NCBI GenBank assembly: GCA_964016885.1
Contig: OZ024741.1
Coordinates: forward strand, 386,446,001-386,510,000
DNA from: Eledone cirrhosa
Lineage: Eukaryota
Length of the DNA stretch: 64,000 nucleotides
Direction: 5' to 3'
Position 1 is the stretch's first letter. Every line of letters begins with the position of its first letter. This document shows positions 15,714 through 31,447 of this stretch, piece after piece. The notes below the pieces were generated by a model. That model made no database searches and was not told the DNA's origin. It saw only the letters and a list, made by a program, of their open reading frames with translations. The position numbers were made by a program, and so were the translations under genes.

Positions 15714-15717
<4 letters not shown>
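14630..15717 (+). mobile_element. 3' fragment of a Penelope-like element (GIY-YIG C-terminus and pLTR)
   Basis: GCREKYIGQSNNSLRQCMTVHRSQIR...PLSEHIDIC aligns with the C-terminus of the 60749-62188 ORF. Degenerate HHR near 15595-15635; ends at (TA)n. Confidence 0.75.
15179..15331. repeat. (TTC)n(TAC)n microsatellite
   Basis: Direct reading. Confidence 0.95.
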
Positions 15718-15764
<47 letters not shown>

Positions 15765-15782
15765 ATATATATATATATACAC

Positions 15783-15816
<34 letters not shown>

Positions 15817-15874
15817 GCACACACATATATATATATATATGTGAGAAAAACCACAGACCCTCCATCTCAACTCA

Positions 15875-15912
15875 CCTTTTGAAAAGCAGAAGAACTGCGA
15901 AACCGGTAAAGG
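15875..15912 (+). ncRNA. Minimal hammerhead, UUGAAAA core variant
   Basis: cctt-TTGAAAA-gcag aagaa ctgc-GAAA-CCGG-TA-aagg. All stems pair; palindromic ACCGGT. Confidence 0.7.
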
Positions 15913-16070
15913 AACCAAATAAATATATATATTTAAAAAAAAAATAAGACTTCAGTTGCATTTTCGATTTCATCCCTTTTTCTTTATACTTCCACTCGTG
16001 TAGGACACCTCGGTTATTTTTCATTTTGTAAAAAAAAACCTCACTTTCTAATATATATATATATATATAT

Positions 16071-16699
<629 letters not shown>

Positions 16700-17251
16700 T
16701 TTATATATAAATATATTTATATATATATACAAAATTATAGATGGTGATGATAACATACAAACTCACGTCATTCAAACAAAAAACAAATAAACCCACAAAC
16801 AACTACACACATATACACACTCACACACTTGCACACACATACGCATATACATACACACACACACATATAGTCACACACCACACAAACAGCTGTATATATA
16901 CATATAGAAACAAACATACGCGTATCTTTTCTATAAATTCTGTTCCCTATCGCAAACGGTACCTTTCTAGATCTACTGCACCAGTCCTGGCAAATGACTC
17001 AGTCTGCCAGCAGTCTTTTCAAGATATTTTTCTCCATTGAAAATCGCTGTTGAAACAATTTTTGTTTGAAATCGGGTTGGATTGCCGCAATCTGTGATTT
17101 TCAATTGTTCAGTTGACAGAGAGAACCGGCTGATACTGCCGGGATTTATCAAGACAAAATCAATGTTGTAGTCTCCTAATCGATATGTATGTATGGTATG
17201 TATGGTACGTTTAGTATGTATGTCTGTATGTATGTATGCATGTATGTATGT

Positions 17252-19204
<1,953 letters not shown>

Positions 19205-19673
19205 GTTTTATAATTTCACAAAGTTTTACCAATAGAGAGAGTGTCGGTTTCTAACATAGACACAAGACTCTCTCATTGGAATTTACACAACATCAACTAG
19301 GTAGATATGTATGTCTGCATGCATGTGTAGATATGTGTGGATGTGTATGTTTGAGTTGCATGTGTGCATGTGTATATGCTTTGTATCTGTACATGTGTAT
19401 ATGCAGTTATTAGATTCAAAATGTTTGGAATGTTTTACATATTTTTACTGTTAGGAAATTACAAGTACAATCGATTGTACTTGTAATTTCCTAACTAGTT
19501 GTGTTCTTTCTGTTCCTGTGAAGCCTAGCTTCTCAAGATTTGTATTGAGGCAGTTACTAACATATCCCAGTGCCCCAATAACCACAGGCATAAATCTGAA
19601 GGTGTAATCAGGGTGGAGTATCTGCAGATTTCTCATTAGTTCTGCATAAATATTCTCCTTTTCACTAATCTTT
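19205..19673 (-). mobile_element. 3' fragment of an R4/Dong-like LINE (RLE C-terminus and 3' UTR)
   Basis: KENIYAELMRNLQILHPDYTFRFMPVVIGALG matches the C-terminus of the 23773-24576 ORF. Bounded by the RTE tail and (TATG)n. Confidence 0.85.
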
Positions 19674-19729
19674 GTATGTATGTATGTATGTATGTATGTA
19701 TGTATGTATGTATGTATGTATGTATGTAT

Positions 19730-20206
19730 GGAGCTCTTAAGAGTCAATGGCCATCCAAAATCACCGGGAGAGATGACCCCTTAGCCTTTGTCAAGGCAGA
19801 ATTCTAGGAGAAGGAAAACTCTGATATAACACCTGCAACTCTGATGGTAATCCAATGATGTTGACTTGTTCTTCTTTTTGGTAAATATCATCTTGGTTAA
19901 GAGAGTGGGACTGGCTTTGTGCAGTGCCTTTGCTCACTATAAAAGCTTCACGGCACAGGCATTGCTTTATATCTGGAGATCTCTCTGCACTTGTCCTCAC
20001 ATGGGCCCAGCACTATGTGTCAATAATTGTCCTACCATGGGCCCAGCACTATGTGTCAATGGTTGTCACAGGTGTAGTGTTTGTACCAGAGGTTTCAAGT
20101 CGCTGGCTGGACTAAAAAGTCACACTCGTTCAGCGCTTCGGTAGGGGTTATCCTACATGGATGTAAAGTAGTGGCCGTACTCGAAAACTAGTTGGCAGCC
20201 ACCATG
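19730..20206 (+). mobile_element. Family B element, 5'-truncated copy 2
   Basis: Matches 5700-6146; internal ~37-bp tandem duplication near 20000-20070. Confidence 0.88.
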
Positions 20207-20256
20207 TATGTATGTATGTATGGTATGTTTGGTATGTATGTATGTATGTATGTATG

Positions 20257-20286
<30 letters not shown>

Positions 20287-20287
<1 letters not shown>

Positions 20288-22857
20288 GAGGTGCGCTCTG
20301 TCACGCTACTTGACGGCAAAACCACAGGAGAGGAATACGTTGCATGAGGAACTCAAGGAGTAAAATCACGTGTTATGCGGTGTCTTTCTCAGATTAAGGA
20401 TCAGTGGTGGAGTGAGAAGGCTGGTGAGATACAAACTGCGTCAGATTCCAATAACACAAAGCTGTTGTACAGTCTCTTGCGTGAGGTTTATGGACCGTCT
20501 TCTTCCCTGGTGACACCGCTTCGCAGCAAGGATGGCAAAGAACTTCTACGTGACTCACAAGGAATTCTACGAAGGTGGCGAGAGCACTTTGATGATCTTT
20601 TGAATCAGCCGTCTGTCGTCAGTGAAGATTTCCTCAATCTCATCCCAGAAAGTCCTGTGAAAGTAGCTCTCGCAGAACCTCCGACGCTTGTGGAGGTTGC
20701 AGTGGCTATTTCGAAGCTGAACAGTGGAAGATCTCCAGGTATGGATGGCATACATGCTGAGCTCCTACAATATGGTGGTGAGAGACTCCTGCAACATCTT
20801 CACTCTTTGTTTGGCAGGATATGGGCTAATGAATCCGTACCTGAGGACTGGAGAGATGCAGTAATGGTGGTCTTGTACAAGGGAAAGGGTAACAGGAATG
20901 ATTGTGGGAACTACAGAGGTATATCATTGCTTTCTGTCGTAGGGAAAGTTTTATGTAGGGTGCTTCTGGACCGTCTGCTGACACACATTGCAGATTGTGT
21001 TCTTCCTGAAAGTCAATCTGGTTTTCGTGCTGGACGCGGCACTACTGATATGATCTTCTCAGCTAGACAGCTCCAGGAGAAGTGCATGGAACAAGGCTTG
21101 GATCTGTATCAGGTTTTTGTCGATCTGACAAAAGCTTTCGATACTGTTAACAGAGATGCATTATGGAAGGTTCTCCAGAAACTTGGCTGCCCTGATAAGT
21201 TCCTTGCTTTAGTTAGGTCTTTCCATGACGACATGAAGGCTTGGGTTAATGTCGGAGGTAACATGTCGGAGCCTATCTCAGTAAAAAATGGAGTGAAACA
21301 GGGGATATTCCAGCACCGATCCTGTTTGCCATATACTTTGCAATGGTTTTCTGTATTGCATTCAGGAATTGCGAGCATGGTGTTTACATCCGATATCGAA
21401 CCTTAGGCAGCATATTTAACATCAAGCGCTTTGCTGCAAAGACAAAAGTATTTACATCAATCATAAGAGACCTCTTATATGCAGATGATTGCGATCTTGT
21501 AGCGCACACAGAGAGTGATATGCAGCACATTTTGAATGCATTTTCTGACGCTTGCACTGCCCTAGGATTGACTGTCAGTATCAAGAAAACCGTCGTCATG
21601 TACCAACCTGCCCCTGGTAAGCAGTACACTGAACCAAACATCTATGTGTATGGTAAACGACTTGGAGTGGTTGATCAGTTTGTCTACCTGGGAAGCACTG
21701 TCAATCGATACAGCAACCTTGACAGTGAAATCTCACTTAGGATTAGGAAAGCAAGTGATGCTTTCGGAAAGCTAGAAAGGCGACTCTGGGGTCGGCGAGA
21801 CATATGCAGGAAGACAAAGGTAAAGGTGTACAGGGCATGTGTGCTCTCTTGTCTTCTTTATGCCTGCGAGACCTGGGTCACATATCGACACCACCTTAAG
21901 CAATTGGAGCGTTTCCATCAGATGTGTCTCAGACGGATCCATGGCGTTCACTGGAGGGACGACATCAGTGATGTCGAGATTTTGGAAAGCTCTATGTGTG
22001 ACAGTATAGAAGCTCTTGTGCTTAAGCAACGACTCCGTTGGAGTGGTCACCTTGCCAGGATGAAGGATTCTAGAATACCAAAACAACTCTTTTATGGAGA
22101 GTTGGTTAAAGGAAAACGACCGCCACATAAACCAAAAAAGAGGTATAAGGATTCCTTGAAAGCCTCTCTGAAAGACGCTAACATCTCTGCTGATACATGG
22201 GAAAATATTGCTGCTGATCGTAATAAATGGAGAAAGACTGTATATGAGGGAAAAGTTGCCTTTGAGGCATCTCGAATCGCATACGAGAAAGTAAAGCGGG
22301 ATGTGAGGAAGGGCATTGCTGTTGCACTTCCAGACGGCGAGGGTCCTCCTATGGTGCTGACATGCAGCGTCTGTGCGAGACTCTGCCTAAGCAAAGCTGG
22401 ACTCGAAAGTCATCTTCGCAGTCATAAAGTAAGATCAGTGGTTGACTACCAGGCTGCTGTTGGAGATGCTACTCATCATGCTTGCGAAACATGTGGTAGA
22501 GAATGTAAATCAGCAGGAGGGCTCAAGCGACATGCAAAAGTACACGAACTCCAACCACAGCCGACTATTCCCAGTGAATGTTTTGGTTGCCGACTCTGTG
22601 CAAGACATTTTAGATCATTGGCTGGGCTAAAAAGCCACATTCGATCGCAGCGCTGTTAGTTGCTATCGTGTGTATGTGTGTGTATATATATGTTTATGTG
22701 TGTGATGTATGTGTATATATATATATGTATATGTATATTATTATTGTTGTTGTCGTTATTATTATTGTTGTTATTATTATTATTATTATTATTGTTATTA
22801 ATGTATATGTGTGTGTGTATATATGTGTGTGTGTGTATATGTATGTGTATGTGTGTG

Positions 22858-22890
<33 letters not shown>

Positions 22891-22980
22891 ATATATTTTA
22901 TTTTTATTTTCTTTTATTTTTTTTATTTTCTCCTCGTGCAATGGCCATACTCGATAACGAGGGGGCAGCCATCATCATGT
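20287..22980 (+). mobile_element. RTE-clade LINE, 5'-truncated (no APE domain); RT split by one frameshift near 21305; three C-terminal C2H2 fingers
   Basis: NYRGISLLS, QSGFR, FVDLTKAFDTV, GVKQG, LLYADDC, FVYLGS, RLRWSGH. (TATG)n on both sides. Confidence 0.95.
20375..22659 (+). pseudogene. RTE reverse transcriptase ORF (frames 20375-21406 and 21343-22659)
   Basis: Complete RT motif set across two overlapping frames. Confidence 0.93.
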
Positions 22981-23031
22981 ATGTATGTATGTATGTATGT
23001 ATGTATGTATGTATGTATGTATGTATGTATG

Positions 23032-23636
23032 TACCAGTTGGTGCTACTGGTAACATGTATCCCAGTACAACCTGTCTCATGGTCGGGTCGTTGGCGACTA
23101 AACTGGCAACCCCACCAAGGTTTCTTGGAGAGGAGGGTGACTTTGGATATCCTGCAGGACTAAAAACAAAAGCTGTCAAAGGGCAAAGGAGCTCTTAAGA
23201 GTCAATGGCCATACAAAATCACCGGGACAGATGACCCCTTAGCCTATGTCAAGGCAGAATTCTAGGAGAAGGAAAACTCTGATATAACACCTGCATCCCT
23301 GATGGTATCCAATGATGTTGACTTGTTCTTCTTTTTAGTAAATATCATCTTGGTTAAGTGAGTGGGACTGGCTTTGTGCAGTGCCTTTGCTCACTATAAA
23401 AGCTTCACGGCACAGGTATTGCTTTATATCTGGAGATCTCTCTGCACTTGTCGTCACATAGTACCATGGGCCCAGCACTATGTTTCAATAATTGTCACAA
23501 GTGTAGTGTTTGTACCAGAGTTTTCAAGTCGCTAGTTGGACTAAAAAGTCACACTCGTTCAGCGCATCGGTAGGTGTTCTCCTACATGGATATAAAGTAG
23601 TGGCCGTACTCGAAAACGAGTTGGCAACCACCATGT
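23032..23636 (+). mobile_element. Family B element, copy 3
   Basis: Matches 5545-6146; (TATG)n flanks. Confidence 0.9.
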
Positions 23637-23772
23637 ATGCATGTATGTATGTATGTATGTATGTATGTATGTATGTATGAATGTATGTATGTTATCTCTT
23701 TCTCTTAATTTCGAGTATATTTTTTTGACCGGCCACCTTCCTGGTGGCAAGGTTGTAAAAGAAAAGAAATTG

Positions 23773-26700
23773 TCATCCCTTGAATCGCAAGAATGTTTTG
23801 CAAATTTTGAAGGTGCCAGCTATCGCAGCCATTTGTAGACTATGGATTAGGGAGCTGCGCTTTTTGTCCGCAAATCCAAGTTCAGTCATACTTTGGTCCA
23901 AGCGGGTTGGTATATAACCCGTAGCTCCAATAATGATGGGTATGAAGCTAAAGGTGTATCTTGGATACTGGATTTGTAAACTCCTCATCAATGGTCCGTA
24001 GATGTCCTCCTTCTCCTGTATTTTTCTGACAACGTTTACATCAAGTGGGCAGCTGATCTCCACAACAGAACACGTTTTCAATGTGTGGTCCCAAACAACA
24101 ATATCAGGCCGGTTGTGCTTTAATTTGGTGACAGTTTTTATTTTCAGGTTCCACCAGTATTCCTTAGTGCCATCTGTCTCAATATATTCTTCCTCGTTTG
24201 TTGTTAATTTTGTTTTCCGAAGTGCGTTCCAGATGGTTCTAGCTATCCCATCGTGTCTCATGGGGAGGTAGTAGCGAGATGACATTCTTTCGCAGCTGGC
24301 AACAATGTGGCTTACATCCTCGATCTTTGTTTTACATAGCCTACATTTATTGTCAGCTGCTGGCCCTCCTCTTTTGTGCAGCAGATATTTGGTAGGAAGT
24401 TCTTGTTCCTGTATTGCATAGAGATATCCCTCAAGGTGTGATGTCATAAACTTGTCGGAACTCCATGCCAGGCTTTTTGAGTGGTTTATCCCCTCTATGG
24501 TCTGTGTTTTACGCCTCAAGTATCCATGCACAACTTTTTCTGTAAATTGGTCAATTTTTTCATCTTGCTTGAACATTGAATAGGATCTTTCGATTTCTCT
24601 GGGTGAGAGATTTATAACAGGCTTTATTCCATATCTCTCCTCCAGATCAGTCGCTATTCTAATGATATTTTTTTTTCATGCTCATAAACCTGGGCAAGAT
24701 GGTCGCCAACCTTTTTCCTCTGTTGAAGGTGTTGCTTCAGTGTTACTATCCGGGTCTCATATGTTGTTAATATTGATTTTAGACCCCGGCCACCTTCCTT
24801 GCGTGAGAAGTATAGCCTACCACATTACCATTGATGTTAAAGTTCCCAGTAACACTGAGAAGTTTTCGAGTTCTAACATCCATCTCACTTAGTTCTTGCA
24901 ATGACCAGTTCAGCAGGCCAAATGTTGGCGTTAGAATTGGCACAGCATAAGTATTGTGGGCAATGTATTTATTGTACGCTGACAATTCTGATGACCATAT
25001 TTTCTTTACTCTTCTGAGGTATTCAGTTCTGGTTCTCTCCTTATTTATGGGTCCATCATATCTGACATTCTCATCCTGTCCAAGATATCTGTAGTTGTCA
25101 CCTGACTGTAGAGGTTGTATTGTCAGGCCATTCATCTCTAGATTTCTAGAGGAGGGCACAGCTCTTCCACGTTTTACTGCCAAATATGCACACTTTGACT
25201 CACCAAATTTCATTTTGATGTCGGTTGAAAATTGTGTAATGAAGTCCAATTGTTTCTTGATGTCATTGATATTTGGCCCATACAACTTCAAGTCGTCAAC
25301 AAAGAAAAGATGGGAGATACTTCTGGGCCCACTTCTATGTCCACCTTGTTTCCTGAGTAGGTAAGATAGTGGATTCAGTGAGAGAACGAAGAGTAGCACT
25401 GACAAGTTATCACCCTGAAAGATGCCCCTCTGGTAATGTATCTTATCAGTCTTAACTTGCTCCTTCTCACCTCTAAGGATCAAATTGGTGTACCAGTTCT
25501 TGGTCAGGCGTTCAACAGCAGCTACCAATGGTTGTGGGACTTTAGCTAACTGTAAAGCCTTAATAATCCACTCATGAGGTACACTATCAAATGCTTTTTG
25601 ATAGTCCAGCCACACCACGGTCATGTTTCTGCGATTCTTTGTTGTTTTTTCCTGAATCATTTTGTTAGTTAGTAGGTGATCTATGCAACCCCACACCTCC
25701 CTCTTTCCACCAGCTTGCTCAGGTGTTATGATGTTGTTGGTAGCACAGTGATCCTGTAAGAACAGGTTAAGGCACCCAGTATATAATTTATACATGATGT
25801 TTTGGCAGGCTATTGGGCGGTAATTTTTAGCAAGGGTGGTTTGGCTATTTTGGGGAATGAGGAGAGTAGTAGCAGTTGATAACCATCTGGGCAGTTTTTG
25901 TGTGCCTTTAATGGTTTCTGTAAACAGCCGTATGAGATCTTGCCGATAGAAAGTGAAATTCTTCAACCAGTATCCTGTAATGAGGTCTGGGCCTGGCGAT
26001 TTCCTATTCGACATTTTCTGTAGAGCTGTTTCCAGTATTGATCCATCTATGTCATATTGTTTTGTCTGGACATGTTGGCAGTAGTCCTGTTCCAGTTCTT
26101 TTAGCCAATTAGTTTGTCTGTTGAATCCGTCATCCGTTTCCCATACAGATTTCCAGTAGCTCTCAACCTGTTCTTTTGAAGGGGTGTCATTTACAGGGAT
26201 TGAGCTTTTGCCACCGAAGCTGCGATAAACTGATTTAGGATCTCTGGCAAACAATCTATTTAGCACTTGTCTTTTATGTGCTGTTGACTTATATTTTAGT
26301 CTTTCTGTTGTAGCTGTGAGTTGTTGTTTCAACTGGTGTAATTTGGAGTTCAAAGTTTTAAATTTTGTATCTCCAAATCGTCTCTCTAACTTTTTTTTTA
26401 GGTCTTCCTGATGTCGTATGAAGTTGCTCTCTATGTTGCATTTCATAACGACTGCGATGTGTGAGATACTTCGTCTCAGGGACAAAATTTTGCTTTTTAA
26501 ATTTCGTATCCACGCTGGTTCAGGATTTCTGTTTGTATCTTGATTGCGTGGTTTTAGATGTGTGTTATATGATAGCAATGTGACAGCTGAAACATATAAC
26601 AAAATATTAAGCGTTTCAAATGTCGTTTCTACACCTTTAGATCGTATAGCCTTCAGATAATTGCCAGCTATTTCGTTCACCGCTTCCAATTCCAATTTAG

Positions 26701-27280
26701 TGGGTTCTTTACTGATTCTGATGTTGTATGGTCTGTCACTCATATTAAGGCTGTGTATCTCTTGAAACATATCGTTCCATATCACTTGTAGGGTGTCCAC
26801 AAGTTTTTGGTGTTCTGTTTGTTCAGTAGAGTCATGAATTTCAGCCTCGTTGTTGATGTGGTGACAATTACTACTAGAGTTAGCTGACCTTTCTCGCTGT
26901 TCTTCAGTGGAAGTGGGATGGATTTCAGCAAAATTGTTGGTGAGCTGTTCACTGTTAGATTTAGCTGGCCATTCTCTTTGTCTGTCAGTGGGGGTGGTGT
27001 GGTTGTCTACAAGGGCTGTATTTGTAGTATCACTCAATTCCGTTAGATGTATCAATTTACATCTAATGATACGTTTTGCCTGTTCATTTAAATGCTTTGG
27101 AGAAAAGTCTAATTCTGGGTGTTTGGAGTTCCATAAAGTTTTTAGCCTTTGCATAAAACCGAACTTTTGGGGTTCAGATTGTTTGTATGCTTCATATAAT
27201 ACTTTGTTAAGCTCGTAGCTCCACTGTATACAACGGTTGTAGTTGCGATTTGGTCGAAGGAGACTTGTACTTTTTGCCAT
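23773..27280 (-). pseudogene. RT + zinc knuckle + PD-(D/E)xK endonuclease polyprotein, frameshifted
   Basis: ORFs 24779-27280 (833 aa) and 23773-24576 (267 aa). Confidence 0.92.
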
Positions 27281-27484
27281 GGTGAGTTCGTCTATTCACT
27301 AATATTTCGTATTTATTTTTCAAAATAGTCGATGATCTTCTTTAAAAGTTTCGACAAAGTTCTGTCAGAATCAAATTTAAAGTTATTCACAGCTTGAGTA
27401 ATATTTCTTTTCAGTTAATTTTTAATTCTACAACTGTGTTTTAAACGTTGTTCTTGAATCGTTTGAATCGAGAACAAAAAGAAC

Positions 27485-27783
27485 CGTTACTTAGTATATT
27501 TCTTTATGAATGTAATATAATATAACAACGCTGTATTTATATGTTAAAGTTTATGTATCATTCATATAAACAGGTGTTCTACAACTTATTCACAACATAT
27601 TCACAGTTCAAACACTTATGTTTTTGTTTCTGAATCGAAAACGTTACTTGTATATTTCTTTATAAATGTAATATAACAACGCTGCATTTATATGTTAAAG
27701 TGTATGTATCGTTCATATATCATAAGTGTATGTATCGTTCATATAAATAGGTGTTTTACAACACACAGTTCAAACACTTATGT
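27485..27783. repeat. Two-unit ~150-bp tandem duplication in the R4 5' region
   Basis: cgttactt..gtatatttcttta..aacaacgctg..cacagttcaaacacttatgt occurs twice. Confidence 0.8.
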
Positions 27784-27959
27784 AGAATTATTGTATGTAA
27801 TCTTACCGCGTAATGTAGCTCAACTTTTTCCAATGTATGTATGTATGTATGTATGTATGTATGTATGTATGTATGTATGTATGTATGTATGTATGTATGT
27901 ATGTATGTATGTCCGTATGTATGTAAGTATCTATGTATGTATGGTATGTATGTGTGTTC

Positions 27960-28225
27960 TCCTGCTTTCATAATTTTATAAATTTTTACTGATAGAGAGA
28001 GTCGGTTTCTACCATAGACACACGACTCTTTCATTGTGATTTAGACAACATCAACTAGGTAGATATGTATGCATGACTGCATGCGTGTGCAGGTATGGAT
28101 GTTACTGTATTTGTGGATGTGGATGTTTTGAGTTATATGTGTGCATGTGCATATGTTTTTTATCAGTACATGTGTACATGCAGTTATTAGATGCAAAATT
28201 TTGGGAATGTTTTACATATTTTACT
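27960..28225 (-). mobile_element. Short 3' end of an R4/Dong-like LINE
   Basis: Homologous to 19205-19450; adjacent to (TATG)n. Confidence 0.8.
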
Positions 28226-28701
28226 CCGAACTCTACTCACCACTAGTTCCAGCTTCAGCTAAAGCTACCACTAGTCACTAGGTCTATTGCAATTCAGAAG
28301 TATAAAACACCCATGATTTCTGTTGTAGCTAATATGGTACAAGCCTGGCTGGGTGATATACAGGTCCGAAGGGTTGGGGGGTATGTATATACACATATAT
28401 AGAAGCACACACAACACATATACTCTCATATATAAAAAAAAGTGGTGCGACTAGTGTTTGCATCTGTAGCTGACCCAATGGGGTTGTCAGTTCTAACTCA
28501 AATGCCAGCCACTCGACGGCACAGGAAGACAGTTCCAACATTTTCCGAAGTTTCCTTCGTACCCCTTGACAATGGATGATACATCCGAAATATATGGACC
28601 AATAAATATTTCCAACATATTATCTCTGGTTCTTTTTCATTTTCTCACCACTCAATCTTACCTCTCCGTTTCTCCACCAGGGTTTTTGCCTGTAACTGCC
28701 C

Positions 28702-28813
<112 letters not shown>

Positions 28814-29165
28814 CACAGATACATACATACATACATACATACATACACACACTCACACATATATATATATATATATCAACTAACTCTAGAAATCCCGTAT
28901 ATAAATACACAATTATATAATGACCATATTTATTTTAACGATCTTAGAAGTTTTCTTACGTTGGATCCGTTCATCGATTCGTAATGATTTTAGATTTAGA
29001 CCATAACCACTATTAACCGAATTATCTCTAGTATCCTTGATTAATTTATTTTTAAAAATATTATATTTCATATATATGAGTGAAGATTATGGTCTCTCTA
29101 CCCCAGGGACACTATACCCGATTTCAACTATTCAACTATTATCTGTAATTATCAACTATTATTAT

Positions 29166-29345
29166 TTGGCAGTATCGGTAGAGCATCAGCCACCGTGCTT
29201 TGCAGCACAGAGTTATGGCCTTTTACTATCTGAGTTAAAATCCCGCCGAGTATAGTTTTCCCTTTCATCCCCACGGGATCGACAAAATAAAGTACCAGTA
29301 ATGCACTGATAATTGCTGTCCTTGTGCCAAAAGTAAAAACAATTA
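29166..29345 (+). mobile_element. SINE family A
   Basis: Matches 4433-4620. Confidence 0.85.
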
Positions 29346-29804
29346 TTATAGTATCTTCATTATTGTGACTAGCAGAAAAACCACCCTACGGGAGGTTTTC
29401 TGCTAGCATGTGTAGTGTGTATATTGATATTATACACAAATATATATACATGTAGATATGATATATCAAATAAAATCGTAATTGACAATATACACAGAAA
29501 TTGAACGAAGTCTATGTTACACTCTCTTCTGTAATCAGTAAAGTAATCCATGATACATTTAAAAAAAGACGACATTATATATAAACTGCATTAGGAGAAA
29601 ATTAGCGACAGAAATATATGCGATTATAAGTGTTATAATATAACGGCCGCTAACCGGAAGTGTTGACATTTGAAAATTTTAAAGAAGTGAATTTTAAAGG
29701 TCTTTAAATAAGCTATAAAATATATTTAATCAACAGCCACGAAATTTAGCACATAAATTATGTAATATTCATTCATTATTTATTCAAAGTTTCAATAAAT
29801 AATT

Positions 29805-29921
29805 TGAGTTCAAATCCCGCCGAGGTTAACTTAGCCTTTCATCCTTACGGGGTCAATAAAATAAAGTACCAGTAATACACTGGGATAATTGCTGGCCTTG
29901 TGCCAAAAGTAGAAACAATTA
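29805..29921 (+). mobile_element. SINE family A, 5'-truncated
   Basis: Matches the 3' half; atttattcaaagt is repeated on either side. Confidence 0.85.
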
Positions 29922-30265
29922 TTTATTCAAAGTAATCCAACTTATTTTACAAACGGGGTAAAAAAATATATTCTGGACGCAATCCCGCACTCCTTTCTTT
30001 ATTATAGTTAAGATTATATTTTCAAACATAAATTTTAAGCTTCGTCTTTACTTTTTAAACATACCTACGCCTTTTACAGAATTTTCTCCATATTTCAATT
30101 TTTTTCTCACTTATTTTTCGGTTGAGTTAAGGGAATAATCACATTCATCCATATCTTCCCTCTTTCACGTTTTCTTATTTTGGTTGATACATACACACAT
30201 TCATACATACATACATACATACATACATACATACGACCATCCATACATACATGCATATATATATA

Positions 30266-30853
30266 TGGTGGCTGCCAACTCGTTTTCGAGTATGGCCACT
30301 ACTTTATATCCATGTAGGAGAACCCTTACCGATGCGCTGAATGAGTGTGACTTTTTAGTCCAGCCAGTGACTTGAAAACTCTGGTACAAACACTACACTT
30401 GTGACAATTATTGACACATAGTGCTGGGCCCATGGTACCATGTGACGACAAGTGCAGAGAGATCTCCAGATATAAAGCAATGCCTGTGCCGTGAAGCTTT
30501 TATAGTGAGCAAAGGCACTGCACAAAGCCAGTCCCACTCTCTTAACCAAGATGATATTTACCAAAAAGAAGAACAAGTCAACATCATTGGATACCATCAG
30601 GGTTGCAGGTATTATATCAGAGTTTTCCTTCTCCTAGAATTCTGCCTTGACAAATGCTAAGGGGTCATCTGTCCCGGTGATTTTGGATGGCCATTGACTC
30701 TTAAGAGCTCTTTTGCCCTTTGACAGGTTTTGTTTTTAGTCCTGCAGGATGTCCAAAGTCACCCTCCTCACCAAGAAACCTTGGTGGGGTTGCCAGTTTA
30801 GTGTCGACCATGAGACAGGTTGTACTGGGATACATGTTACCAGTAGCACCAAC
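30266..30853 (-). mobile_element. Family B element, copy 4
   Basis: Reverse complement of 23032-23636; (CATA)n flanks. Confidence 0.9.
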
Positions 30854-31060
30854 ATACATACATACATACATACATACATACATACATACATACATACATA
30901 CATACATACATACATAATACATACATACATACATACATACAGAGATGCATACGTACATACATACATATTACATACATACATACATACATACATACGTACG
31001 TACATACATACATATTACATACATACATACATACGTACGTACATACATAGATACACATTT

Positions 31061-31447
31061 ACATGATGGCTGGCTGCCACCTCGTTATCGAGTATGGCCA
31101 TTGCATGATATACCATTATTAATACTTATCAATTAATTCTATCGTGCAATGCGTGTGCGTGAAGATATTTTTTAAAGCGAGGAAAGACTGTGCACTGAGC
31201 CAATCCCACTCTCTGAGCGACAGTAGCTATAACCCGAAAAGAAGAAAAGATCAACATCATCGGTAACTACTGATCCGCAGGTTTTATATCGGAGTTATCC
31301 CAGTTTCCTGAGTTGCCTTCTAGAAGAATGCCCTGACAAAGGTTAAGAGTCCTTCACTCCCAGTGCTTTAACCGCGCGATACATGTGTATATACATATTT
31401 ACACACTTTTGGATGGCCGTTGACTCTTATGAGTTCTTCCGCCCATT
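31061..31447 (-). mobile_element. Diverged family B relative carrying the RTE-type 3' tail
   Basis: 31061-31107 matches the RTE tail; 31185-31445 aligns loosely with 30515-30720. (CATA)n flanks. Confidence 0.7.

Larger units (their letters stand above)
23692..27832 (-). mobile_element. Near full-length R4/Dong-clade non-LTR retrotransposon with restriction-like endonuclease
   Basis: Single long ORF broken near 24780-24580. RT (LDYQKAFDSV, GIFQGD, FFVDD, YRYLG), CCHC (CRLC..EDVSHIVASC), RHD and RPDIVVWD..VEISCP..K..Y. (TATG)n on both flanks. Confidence 0.93.
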
